DNA of 32,000 nucleotides, from positions 1,110,001 through 1,142,000 of the forward strand of contig CP126532.1 of NCBI GenBank assembly GCA_030167145.1, read 5' to 3'. The position numbers and the translations under genes are program-made. Of this stretch, positions 8,263 to 16,775 are shown piece by piece. The notes under the pieces are model-generated. The model saw nothing but the letters and a program-made list of their open reading frames with translations. It searched no databases and had not been told where the DNA came from. How positions within the stretch are numbered: position 1 is the first letter of the stretch; each line of letters begins with the position of its first letter. This DNA is from Ktedonobacterales bacterium. Lineage in GTDB: Bacteria; Chloroflexota; Ktedonobacteria; Ktedonobacterales; JADMIN01.

Positions 8263-9459
8263 ATGCCGCAACGGATCGTGATAGTTGGTGGCGGGGTGGG
8301 CGGCACCATCGTCGCCAATCTCGTCGCCAGAGCGTTGCGCCCCGACGAGGCGATGATTACGCTGATTGACGCCACTGGCGAACATGCCTACATGCCTGGC
8401 TGGCTCTATCTGCCGTTCAATGGTTCGGAGGGTATTGACCTGACACGGCCAGAGCGCGGCTTACTGAATAAGCATGTGCAGCTCGTCACTGGGGAGGTGC
8501 AGCGCATTGACGTATCGGCGCGCGAAGTGACGGTTCATGCCAGCCCTGGCATGGCGGGCATGCGTGGCACAGGCGGCGCGATTGAGGCACGCTACGGCTA
8601 CGACTATCTGGTGCTGGCGACCGGCGCGCGACTGGCCCCAGAAGATCTGAGCGGCCTGAGCGGGAGCGAAGACGCCTGGCACCACTTCTACAGCCTGGAT
8701 GGCGCGTTGCGGCTCGGCTCGGCGCTACGTGTGCTCAATGGCGGGCGAATCGTGGTCGCCATCGGCGGCATTCCGTATCGCTGCCCACCCGCGCCGCTGG
8801 AGTTCCTCTTCCTGTTGGATGAATGGCTGCGAAAACGTGGCATTCGTGAGCGGACGGAGATCGAGTATCTCTCGCCGCTGCCACGAGTCTTCCCTATCGA
8901 GAGCGTAGCCGAAGTCGCCACGCCGTTGCTTGAGCAGCGCGATATTCACTATCGGGTGTTCTTCAACACTGACGAGGTGGATACAGAGCGGCGGGTTGTC
9001 CGGTCACTGGAAGGCGAGGCAGCGGAATATGATCTGCTGGTGATGATTCCACCACACAGGGGCGCACGCATCGTCGAAGAGGCGGGGCTAGGCGATGAGC
9101 AAGGGTGGATCGCGACCGACCGTGCGACGCTGGAGGTGAAAGGACACGAGGGTATCTATGCCCTGGGTGACGCGACCGATCTGCCGGTCTCGAAGAGCGG
9201 CTCGGCGGCGCATTTCGAGGCGAAGGTGGTGGCGGCACGGCTCATCGCCGCTGTGCGTGGTGAAGAACCAGACCCGCAACATGCCACCTATGACGGTGAG
9301 GTGATGTGTTTCTTGGAGACGGGCCACAATGCGGCAACGCAACTCGTCTTCAATTACGAGAACCCACCACATCCGCCGCGACCAAGCCTCTTCTACCACA
9401 TGGAGAAGATGCTGTTCAATCGCGCCTACTGGCATATCGTGCCGCAGGGGCTGGTCTAG
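8263..9459 (+). CDS. Sulfide:quinone oxidoreductase-like FAD-dependent oxidoreductase
   Basis: Start placed at ATG 8263, after SD gaaaggagg (8247-8255). The track's 8182 start would overlap tusA. Motifs: RIVIVGGGVGGTIVA Rossmann, YRCPPAPLEF, ALGDATDLPVSKSGSAAHFEA and a Cys in EVMCFLETG. Confidence 0.75.
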   Translation: MPQRIVIVGGGVGGTIVANLVARALRPDEAMITLIDATGEHAYMPGWLYLPFNGSEGIDLTRPERGLLNKHVQLVTGEVQRIDVSAREVTVHASPGMAGMRGTGGAIEARYGYDYLVLATGARLAPEDLSGLSGSEDAWHHFYSLDGALRLGSALRVLNGGRIVVAIGGIPYRCPPAPLEFLFLLDEWLRKRGIRERTEIEYLSPLPRVFPIESVAEVATPLLEQRDIHYRVFFNTDEVDTERRVVRSLEGEAAEYDLLVMIPPHRGARIVEEAGLGDEQGWIATDRATLEVKGHEGIYALGDATDLPVSKSGSAAHFEAKVVAARLIAAVRGEEPDPQHATYDGEVMCFLETGHNAATQLVFNYENPPHPPRPSLFYHMEKMLFNRAYWHIVPQGLV

Positions 9460-9485
9460 TGGGCACGGAATGTGCGCGGACTTTT

Positions 9486-9523
9486 AGGGGGGCGCGCCGC
9501 TTAACCGGCTGGCGCGGCCCCCT
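9486..9523 (+). other. GC-rich intergenic hairpin between the SQR-like gene and the downstream oxidoreductase
   Basis: aggggggcgcgcc (9486-9498) pairs with ggcgcggccccct (9511-9523) at 12 of 13 positions, with a 12-nt loop. No U-tract follows, so a role as terminator or attenuator is uncertain. Confidence 0.35.
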
Positions 9524-9580
9524 GAAGGATGTGGCGACAGTGATGGTATTGGCCGCATGGTAAGGAAGGAACGAAAGCGC

Positions 9581-10948
9581 ATGAGCGAGCAGTTCGATGC
9601 TGTGGTCATTGGCGCGGGCATCGCGGGTGAGACATGCGCGCAACGCTTGCGAGACGCTGGCCGGAGCGTGGCGCTGGTCGAGCGCGACCTCATCGGCGGT
9701 GAATGCGCCTATTGGGCAAGTATTCCTTCTAAGACATTGTTTGGACCCGCTAATCTGCTCTGGCGCGCACAGCAAATTGCTGGGATCCATTCGCCAGCGG
9801 TTGGTGGTCCGCATGGCACTATCCCGCGTGACGCTTTGCTTCCGGCGCTGGATGATGCGGCACAGATGGATGCGCTTCAGCGCACGGGCATCGCCGTCAT
9901 TCGCGGGAATGCGCGCGTGCTGAGCGCGGGGCGCGTCGAAGTCGCGGACCGTCTACTCGAAACGGAGCGCCTGGTGCTGGCGACAGGATCAGCGCCGCGC
10001 ATTCCAGACATTGCCGGATTGGCTGCCAGTGTCTATTGGACCAACCGCGAGGCGACGGCATTCAAGGCGCTCCCGCAATCCGTCCTGGTGCTGGGCGGTG
10101 AATCGCAGGCCATCGAGCTAGCGCAGATGTTCCGGCTGTTTGGCGCTGATGTAACGCTCGTCACTAAAGCTGCGCGCCTCATCACTCACGAAGATGCGGA
10201 CGCAGCGGCGCTCATCACGCGCTATCTTTACCAAAGCGGTATCCGTGTGCTCGTTGGTCACACCCTCACCGAAGTCGCATGCGACGATGAGGAAGAATAT
10301 GTGGCGCTGCTGGACAATGGCGAGCGAATAGTGATGCAGGCGTTGGTGGTCGCGGGGAGCCGTATGCCACGCACGATGGCGCTTGGTGATAGTGGGATTG
10401 AGGCGCGGGTCACAGAGCGTGGTATCGAGGTGGATGAGCGGTGTCGTGCGGCCGAGGGGGTTTGGGCGATTGGCGACGTTACGGGTGTGCTGCCGCTCTC
10501 GCACGTCGCTCTGTATCAGGCGCACATCGCAGCAGATGACATTCTCGGCCACACGCATCCGGCGCAGTATCTCTCCGTACCACGCATCTATTTCACCGAG
10601 CCGCAAGTCGCAGCAACAGGTCTCACCCTCGCAGGCATTCAGGAGCGCCAGCTTGCCGTGTCTTCCGTAACGGTCGCCCTTGGCGGGCCTGTTCCGCGTG
10701 CATCGGGCGTACACAACGACTTGCAGGGGCAGTTGACGTTGCATGCGGACCGGGAGCGCGGTGTGCTGGTGGGGGCGTGGGCGGTAGCGCCCGATGCGAG
10801 CGAGTGGATCCAACTTGCGGCGCTTGCCATCCGGGCAGCAATCCCTTTGGCGATATTTCATGACACTCTGGAGCAGTTCCCGACATTCAATGAGCCGTAT
10901 CGCATTGCGCTCGAACGTCTGATCCGCGAGGCTGCGGGACCGATCTAA
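9581..10948 (+). CDS. Class-I pyridine nucleotide-disulfide oxidoreductase homologue with a single active-site Cys
   Basis: ATG 9581 follows SD aaggaagga; the track start 9557 is less likely. Motifs: FDAVVIGAGIAGETCA FAD motif, GGECAYWASIPSK in place of the canonical GGxCxxxGCxPSK, a second Rossmann motif VLVLGGESQAIELA, and AIGDVTG. The C-terminal FPTFNE replaces the usual HPTxxE. Confidence 0.8.
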   Translation: MSEQFDAVVIGAGIAGETCAQRLRDAGRSVALVERDLIGGECAYWASIPSKTLFGPANLLWRAQQIAGIHSPAVGGPHGTIPRDALLPALDDAAQMDALQRTGIAVIRGNARVLSAGRVEVADRLLETERLVLATGSAPRIPDIAGLAASVYWTNREATAFKALPQSVLVLGGESQAIELAQMFRLFGADVTLVTKAARLITHEDADAAALITRYLYQSGIRVLVGHTLTEVACDDEEEYVALLDNGERIVMQALVVAGSRMPRTMALGDSGIEARVTERGIEVDERCRAAEGVWAIGDVTGVLPLSHVALYQAHIAADDILGHTHPAQYLSVPRIYFTEPQVAATGLTLAGIQERQLAVSSVTVALGGPVPRASGVHNDLQGQLTLHADRERGVLVGAWAVAPDASEWIQLAALAIRAAIPLAIFHDTLEQFPTFNEPYRIALERLIREAAGPI

Positions 10949-10969
10949 GCATCGGTATAGCAAACGATA

Positions 10970-11007
10970 GCAAGAGCGGGAGCGCACACCAGCACTCCCG
11001 CTCTTGC
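10970..11007. terminator. Terminator-like hairpin between convergent genes
   Basis: A perfect 13-bp stem: gcaagagcgggag (10970-10982) and ctcccgctcttgc (10995-11007), with a 12-nt loop. It lies between the stops at 10948 (+) and 11058 (-). Confidence 0.6.
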
Positions 11008-11057
11008 AGTACATGCCACGCCATATATGCGAGGCGCAACCTGTTGATGCAAGCCCA

Positions 11058-11648
11058 CTACTGTGGCGCTGCCTGCGTATCCGTGGCACTCATCTGGCTG
11101 GAAGGCATTGGGCCAAGTTCATTGAAGCTCGTCCAGCCCTGCGTCTCCCATTCTTGTCGCCGTGTGTTCACATCCACCGCGTTGTGCCGACGCAACACAT
11201 CGGTAACTTCCTGGGCGCGGGCATCGGCTGTGCGGACTGTGACAAGGATGTTGCCGCGCTTCACACCTTCCGCATAGACGTGCGCCTCATGCTCTGGTAG
11301 GCCCAGACTGACCAGCGAGCCAACCAGCCCACCACCGACAGCGCCAGCAGCCGCGCCAAGAACGGTGGCGCCTACCCAGGTGAGGAACTCGCCAGCCGCG
11401 ACAATCGGACCGATACCGGGAATCGTGAGCGCGCCAAGGCCTAATAGCAGGCCGGCGATGCCACCAGCGGTTGCGCCAGTAATCGCGCCGACCTCAGCGC
11501 CAGTGCTCAGATCTAATTTGCTTTCCTTGAGTACCTCCTTCCGAGCCAGCACACCGATGTTCTCCTTGCTGTAGCCCAACTTGGCGAGATCATCCATTGT
11601 GCCGTCTACGTCGCGGGTGTTCTCGAACATTCCAACGATAGTCTTCAT
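11058..11648 (-). CDS. General-stress-type protein with a glycine-zipper membrane segment
   Basis: ATG 11648 follows SD aaggaggg. The N-terminal MKTIVGMFENTRDVDGTMDDLAKLGYSKENIGV resembles general stress protein 17M-type domains. There is a central Gly/Ala zipper (GAITGATAGGIAGLLLGLGALTIPGIGPIVAAG...GAAAGAVGGGLVG) and a C-terminal HEAHVYAEGVKRGNILVTV. Confidence 0.7.
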   Translation of the reverse strand: MKTIVGMFENTRDVDGTMDDLAKLGYSKENIGVLARKEVLKESKLDLSTGAEVGAITGATAGGIAGLLLGLGALTIPGIGPIVAAGEFLTWVGATVLGAAAGAVGGGLVGSLVSLGLPEHEAHVYAEGVKRGNILVTVRTADARAQEVTDVLRRHNAVDVNTRRQEWETQGWTSFNELGPMPSSQMSATDTQAAPQ

Positions 11649-12077
11649 GCGCTTCCCTCCTTGCATTTGCCTGAGTGGCGACTGGCTGCATGTTGCGGCA
11701 GTTCATCTACGGGGAACGCGCCCGTGAGCCACATTCCTTAATCGCTGGTCGCAACTACATCATGTCGCACCTTCATCACGGCGATGCCACAGTGGGCAGT
11801 GCGCCTCTCACAAAATGCTCGCAGCTTCCGGGCGACGGCGGGCAGGCAACAGGTGATAGAAGTGAGCCGCAGGGTGCGAAATAGGCACATCAGTTTGGTG
11901 GGTACGAGAATGCTGCGAGAGTATGGCGTTCCGGCGTATACTATGCACGCCCTGGAATACACTACGCAGGCGCGCGGCGTGCGGGATATATGGTTACGGA
12001 CCCGTGTGCCGTGGAAGTTGTTTTTGTTTGTAATCAGCCGCGCGGACGAGGCGAGTTCGGCGGCGGGAGGCACAACG

Positions 12078-12875
12078 ATGTCCGTTACTGACTTGCAGCT
12101 CAAATGCTTTACCGTGGAGATGGATGGCGCAGTCTGCGTCTTCCGGCTGAATCGCCCGCCGGCAAACGCGCACAACCTGGCGATGATCCGCGAATTCGAG
12201 ACGCTGATCACGGAGATTCGCTTCGACGAAAACGTGAAGGCGGCGGTGATGGCGAGCGCCAGCCCACGCTTCTTCTCGGCGGGCGCGGATATTGACGAGA
12301 TCCGCGAGAAATCGGGGGAGTATATCGGGCTGCTGAGCCAGACCAGCAAAGAGATCATGATGAAGATGCGCGCGACGCCCAAGGTATTCGTGGCGGCGGT
12401 GAACGGCCACTGCATGGGCGGCGGCATGGAGCTGGCGCTGGCCTGCGATGTGCGCTTCGCGGGCAAGGGCAACTGGAAGGTCGGCCTGCCAGAGGTTCAC
12501 CTGGGGCTGATTCCGGGCGAGGGTGGCACACAACTCGCCGGGCGCATCATGGGTCCGTCGCGGGCGCTGATGTATATGGTATCGGGCGAGTCGTTCGGGC
12601 CGGAGAAGGCGACGGAGCTTGGCTTGTTCGATGAGCTGGTTGAGGCGGACGAGGTGGAGAAGAAGGCGCTGGAGTTTGCCCACAAGTGCGCCGATGGCCC
12701 GAACAAGGCGATTGGCTTCATGAAGGTGGCGCTGACCGAGGGACTGGAGTTGCCGATCTACGAGGCGTTTGCCTACGAGCGCCAGTTGCAGAACCAACTC
12801 TTCGAGACGCCCGACAGCAAAGAGGGCGTGGCGGCGTTCGTCGAGAAGCGCGCGCCGAAGTGGGGCCAGAAGTAG
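12078..12875 (+). CDS. Enoyl-CoA hydratase/isomerase (crotonase) family protein
   Basis: ATG 12078 follows SD ggcgggagg. Crotonase motifs: FSAGADIDE, AAVNGHCMGGGMELALACDVRFA, GLPEVHLGLIPGEGGTQ, EGVAAFVEKRAPKW. Confidence 0.9.
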   Translation: MSVTDLQLKCFTVEMDGAVCVFRLNRPPANAHNLAMIREFETLITEIRFDENVKAAVMASASPRFFSAGADIDEIREKSGEYIGLLSQTSKEIMMKMRATPKVFVAAVNGHCMGGGMELALACDVRFAGKGNWKVGLPEVHLGLIPGEGGTQLAGRIMGPSRALMYMVSGESFGPEKATELGLFDELVEADEVEKKALEFAHKCADGPNKAIGFMKVALTEGLELPIYEAFAYERQLQNQLFETPDSKEGVAAFVEKRAPKWGQK

Positions 12876-12904
12876 CGGCGAGTGCGGCTATTTGCCTGGA
12901 TGGG

Positions 12905-12934
12905 GAGCGTTCCGTGCCATGGTGCGGAGCGCTC
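12905..12934 (+). terminator. Possible terminator hairpin after the crotonase gene
   Basis: gagcgttccg (12905-12914) pairs with cggagcgctc (12925-12934) over 10 bp, including one G-U. The U-tract after it (tcttcg) is poor. Confidence 0.3.
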
Positions 12935-12964
12935 TCTTCGCGTGTATCTGATATCGTGACATGC

Positions 12965-13252
12965 TCAAAGATGCGACAAGAGCTTCTCGTACTCGTCATG
13001 TGGCCCTATCCAGAACCACAGCATATGATCGGACTTGCGTTTCGCAAGCACGCGATATTGTTGGTTCGCTCGTGCTGAGTAATATTCGCCCTTTGTGTTG
13101 AGGCGCTCGAAATTAAGGCTGGGATGACCTGGGTTGGTTTCGTAGAGTTTGAACGCTTTCTTTGCCTGCCGTTGCACATCATCCGGCAAATTCGCCAGCA
13201 GCTTCCGAAATTGCTTGGTGGTCCTGTTGTGCCAGGAAGAGGCACTACTCAT
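12965..13252 (-). CDS. ParE/RelE-superfamily type II toxin (ParE-like toxin pattern)
   Basis: FRKLLANLPDDVQRQAKKAFKLYETNPGHPSLNFERL...YYSARANQQYRVLA...WFWIGPHDEYEKLL matches my recollection of the ParE-like toxin family consensus. The ATG overlaps the upstream small gene by 8 nt. Confidence 0.75.
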   Translation of the reverse strand: MSSASSWHNRTTKQFRKLLANLPDDVQRQAKKAFKLYETNPGHPSLNFERLNTKGEYYSARANQQYRVLAKRKSDHMLWFWIGPHDEYEKLLSHL

Positions 13253-13466
13253 AACTTTCGCTTAGCGGACGAGTCAGCCCCGCATCATCCTCAGCATCAC
13301 CATCCGCAGAGAGTATATCGAGCAATATCTCAGTTTTTGGATCATTCAGCAGACGTTCCCACCGCTGGTCGTCGAGAAGTGCCAGCATCCTAGCGGCAAT
13401 CTCATTCTGCTCCGCTTCGGGGAGCATCGCTATGCGTTCGACCGCTCGCCGTAGCTGTTCTGTCAT
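13245..13466 (-). CDS. Putative cognate antitoxin (73 aa, acidic C-terminus)
   Basis: It lies immediately upstream of the toxin and overlaps it (ATGAGTAG junction at 13245-13252). It is small and helical with an acidic tail (DGDAEDDAG). I recognised no DNA-binding family by eye. Confidence 0.6.
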   Translation of the reverse strand: MTEQLRRAVERIAMLPEAEQNEIAARMLALLDDQRWERLLNDPKTEILLDILSADGDAEDDAGLTRPLSESYE

Positions 13467-13769
13467 ACTTCACGCTCCTAATACATTCGATAAGATGTGC
13501 GGCTCAAGTATACCATTTTGTACTTACGACTGTATTTTTGTATTTTCGGCCACAAAGCGCATCTTTATCTATAGCCCATGCTTGGGCTGGGCAACATCCG
13601 CAACTCACGATACTGGTATACGGGGTGCGATGTGCCGCAGATAGATTTACACCACTCCGATGCGGCAGACATGAAGGGTATATGCATACCCTCTTTCAGT
13701 ACCAGGATCGTTTGACCAGTTAGGGGGGCTGCGCTACACTCATGGGGTGCGTCTGTGGGGAAAGGGAAC

Positions 13770-14801
13770 ATGATGTCTCGCGGGGTGATATGGCGGCCCA
13801 GATGCGCGGGCCAGGGACGGCGGACAGGCATACTCGCGCTCTGCTCGGTGGCGCTGTGTGCGGTGGTGCTACTAGCGGGCTGTAGCAATCCGTTGCGTGG
13901 GGCCAATCCTGTCGCCACTGGCACGAAGGCTGGTGGCAGCGCGTTGATCCAGACAGTGACGGGATTCGATCCGAGTGTGGGCGCACCGCTGCCGACGTAT
14001 CGCATTGTCGCGGCCTATGGCATTGTCGGTGGTGTGCAATTCAATGGTCCGGCATCGAACCTGGATCTACTCAACAGCTTCCTTCCGCAGTTGCAAGACC
14101 TTGGCAAACAATACGCCGCGCTGGACCCCACCCATCCGGTGAAGCTGGCAATTGACCTCGTGGTCAACACGATTCAGCCCTGTGCCTATTTTGCCAAGTG
14201 GTGTGCCTCGTTTACCGATGATGCGACGATGCAGGCGTATATCAAGTTTTGCCAGGACCATGACCTACTGCTCTTCTACGATATGCAGCTTGGCACTGAG
14301 CCGGTATCTGACGCGATCAACAACTATCTCATGCCGTATCTGTCGAAATATCCATTCACCGAACTGGCGCTGGATACGGAGTTCCACTTTCCCAATACGC
14401 CAGAAGGCTATGCCGAAGCGGCGGCGTATCCCGCGTTCCTAGGCTGGATGGACGCGAGCGAAGTGAACTGGGCGATCAATGCGCTGGCGCAGATCTCGCT
14501 CAAAAATCAGCTTCCGCGCAAGGTGCTGGTGATTCACCAATGGAACACGGCGGTGCTGCACAACAAAGACAAGATTCAGCGGAATCCGAATGTGTCGGTG
14601 GTGCTCCAGTCCGATGGATTCGGGTCTGTTGAGAATAAGCTGGGGGATTACCAATATTTCGTTCAGCAGGATTTGCTTCAGTATGGCGGCTATAAGCTCT
14701 TCTACACGTATCAAGGCGGCGCGGCCTCTGATACACCACTGCAATCGCCGCAGGACGTGATGAGCATCTTCCCGCAGCCGATTTTCATCTCATACGAATG
14801 A
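13770..14801 (+). CDS. Secreted lipoprotein of unknown function
   Basis: ATG 13770 follows ggggaaaggga. Signal peptide with a lipobox (VVLLAGCSNP). The mature part has alternating beta/alpha-like motifs (ALDTEFHFP, VLVIHQWN) that could indicate a TIM-barrel hydrolase-like fold, but no family was recognised. Confidence 0.65.
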   Translation: MMSRGVIWRPRCAGQGRRTGILALCSVALCAVVLLAGCSNPLRGANPVATGTKAGGSALIQTVTGFDPSVGAPLPTYRIVAAYGIVGGVQFNGPASNLDLLNSFLPQLQDLGKQYAALDPTHPVKLAIDLVVNTIQPCAYFAKWCASFTDDATMQAYIKFCQDHDLLLFYDMQLGTEPVSDAINNYLMPYLSKYPFTELALDTEFHFPNTPEGYAEAAAYPAFLGWMDASEVNWAINALAQISLKNQLPRKVLVIHQWNTAVLHNKDKIQRNPNVSVVLQSDGFGSVENKLGDYQYFVQQDLLQYGGYKLFYTYQGGAASDTPLQSPQDVMSIFPQPIFISYE

Positions 14802-14880
14802 CCGACGCACATCGTCAACAGCGCGTCGGGGTGACACTAGGTCACACAATCGCCAGACGACCCAAAGGAGCAACGCCAAG

Positions 14881-16125
14881 GTGATCTCTCTGTTTCGCAG
14901 GGCACGATGGCTCCCTGCGCTTGTCGCGCTGCTACTCTTGATGGCGTTGCCCGCGTGCGGCACGCATGCCAGCGATCAGACGATCACCATCGCCACGGTG
15001 TTTCCGACATCGGGCGTAGATGCCCCTGTTGGGCAGGCAATGCAGAACGCCGTAGACCTCGCCGTCCGGCAGAACGAGGCGCTTGGCAAAGGCTATACGC
15101 TCGCCGTCGCGCACATTGACGAGGCGAGCGGCGCGCCGGATCAAGCGGTGGCCATCGCGGCCACGAGCAGCCCCCATTTGGTGGGCATCGTTGGCCCACT
15201 GACAAGCCAGTCGGCGGTGGCGATGTTGCCGGTGATCGCACAGCAGAGCATCGCGACGATCAGCCCCGGCGCGACGCTGCCTGGCCTCACGCAGAGCGAT
15301 CAGGCGCAGGCGGAGGGGCTATCCTTCACGCAGATGCACCCAGCAGGCAAGCCACTGGCCTTCTTCCGGCTACCTGAGACAGATAACGCTGCCGGGAAGG
15401 CGACCGCCGACCTCGCCGTCGCCTCGACGCAGGCGCATGGGCTGGCGGCGCATGCAGTCTTCGTAGTGGATGACGGATCGGATGCCGCGAAGGCGCTGAC
15501 AGCGGCGTTCGCACAGGAACTCAATGCGAAGCATGGGGCGGTCGTGGGGCAGAAGTCCATCATTGCGGGCGTGCCAGATAGCGCGCAGGCGGCGGTGACG
15601 GCGATTATCGAGGCGTATCCCGATGCGGTCTTCTATGCGGGCAGCACGGTGGCGGGCGCGGAACTGCGCAGCACGTTGACACTGACTGGCGCGCCACAGC
15701 TTCCCATTCTCACTGCTGGTATTATCGCCGATCACCCGGCGTGGAGCGCGACGGTGGGCATGGCGGCAGCCTCGGCGAATACGGTGGGCATCTTGCCGGC
15801 GCAAGACCTTTCGACACTCAAGAATACAAGTGATTTCATCTCAGCCTATCAAGCGGCATATTCGGGAGCGAAACCATTGCCGCAGAGCGCGCTGGCCTAC
15901 GATGCGGCGATGGATGAAATCGCCGCGATCAAGTCGGTTATCGCCTCTGGTAAGCCGGTGACTTCGGCAGCGGTGTTGGCGGTAGTGACGTCTACGAAGT
16001 ATGTGGGCATTACCGGCGCTCTCGCCTTCGACAAAAACGGCGACAGCACGACGCCCATTGGCTTCAGCGTCTATAGCTGCGATACCAAGGGCGTCTGGCA
16101 CTATCAGACAAGCCTCAACGGGTGA
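14881..16125 (+). CDS. LivJ-type (branched-chain amino acid family) periplasmic substrate-binding lipoprotein; orphan
   Basis: GTG start after SD aaaggag; lipobox LALPACG. Motifs: ITIATVFPTSGVDAPVGQAMQNAVDLAV, LVGIVGPLTSQSAVAMLPV, ITGALAFDKNGD. No permease or ATPase genes are adjacent. Confidence 0.8.
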   Translation: MISLFRRARWLPALVALLLLMALPACGTHASDQTITIATVFPTSGVDAPVGQAMQNAVDLAVRQNEALGKGYTLAVAHIDEASGAPDQAVAIAATSSPHLVGIVGPLTSQSAVAMLPVIAQQSIATISPGATLPGLTQSDQAQAEGLSFTQMHPAGKPLAFFRLPETDNAAGKATADLAVASTQAHGLAAHAVFVVDDGSDAAKALTAAFAQELNAKHGAVVGQKSIIAGVPDSAQAAVTAIIEAYPDAVFYAGSTVAGAELRSTLTLTGAPQLPILTAGIIADHPAWSATVGMAAASANTVGILPAQDLSTLKNTSDFISAYQAAYSGAKPLPQSALAYDAAMDEIAAIKSVIASGKPVTSAAVLAVVTSTKYVGITGALAFDKNGDSTTPIGFSVYSCDTKGVWHYQTSLNG

Positions 16126-16133
16126 GATGCTTC

Positions 16134-16646
16134 CTACTGCCCTCCATTATTGTCCGGCGTATCTGGGGTGTCCGGCGCGTCTGGCGTGTCGGTTGACCCT
16201 TTGATCTCAGTGGCGGCGACGCTGCCATCGGCCTGGCGAGTGCCCTCGATGGAGAGTGTCATGCCCTGATGTACGCTGGCGAGCGAAGTCAATCCATCCT
16301 TGTATTCGACGTTTGCGGGAACGCTCACGGTGACGCAACCCTGCCCAACCGTCATGGTGAGCATGGCCTGCGTGGTATCTACCTGCGCTACCGTGCCGTC
16401 TACTTCTAACGACTGGTCATCGGCCTCGGCAGCAGACATGCTCACTGGCGCGCACGTGTTCGCCGCAAGGCTTGCGGGGCCACTCGCGGGGCCAGAGTTG
16501 GTGACTGAGCCGCTCTGATATTGCAGCGGTGGCAGTGGTGAGCCAGATGTGTTGCGCGCCGCCGCTGAGACGATGCCTCCGGCAAGGAGCGCGGCAACAG
16601 CACAGATGGCAAACAGCATCAGGATTGGTCGGATAGAGCGGAACAT
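16134..16646 (-). CDS. Secreted DUF5666-like protein with a C-terminal (D-T/A-P) repeat tail
   Basis: SD aaggagg; signal peptide MFRSIRPILMLFAICAVAALLAGG. LEVDGTVAQVD...VTVSVPANVEYKDGLTSLASVHQGMTLSIEGTRQADGSVAATEIKG resembles DUF5666. The tail is TDTPDAPDTPDTPD. It converges on the SBP gene with only 8 nt between the stops. Confidence 0.65.
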   Translation of the reverse strand: MFRSIRPILMLFAICAVAALLAGGIVSAAARNTSGSPLPPLQYQSGSVTNSGPASGPASLAANTCAPVSMSAAEADDQSLEVDGTVAQVDTTQAMLTMTVGQGCVTVSVPANVEYKDGLTSLASVHQGMTLSIEGTRQADGSVAATEIKGSTDTPDAPDTPDTPDNNGGQ

Positions 16647-16775
16647 CGGGGTGCCTCCTTTAGGCGGAAATCAACTGGGTAACGTTGCGTTGAACAGAGG
16701 GAACACGTGTCTGGCTTTGGTCTGGTCTGCGCTAGCGTGCTACCATTGCGCCTCCTTTCGTCTGGGCTACGCGCG

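Noticed and set aside
11784-12077. A 98-codon N-terminal extension of the crotonase gene (track start 11784).
   Set aside because: The extension is Arg-rich with no crotonase homology features. ATG 12078 has an SD and yields a typical ~265-aa crotonase.
10118-12797. Long antisense ORFs 10118..11089 (-), 11738..12472 (-) and 11994..12797 (-).
   Set aside because: They lie entirely opposite well-supported genes (disulfide-reductase homologue, crotonase). Their composition is Arg/His/Pro-rich and they have no SD. They are typical shadow ORFs of GC-rich DNA.
13674-13691. Palindrome agggtat-atgc-ataccct as a CsoR/CstR-type operator.
   Set aside because: The half-site orientation is opposite to the ATACCC...GGGTAT arrangement I recall for that family. 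No CsoR-like gene is nearby. It is mentioned only within the TA-islet finding.
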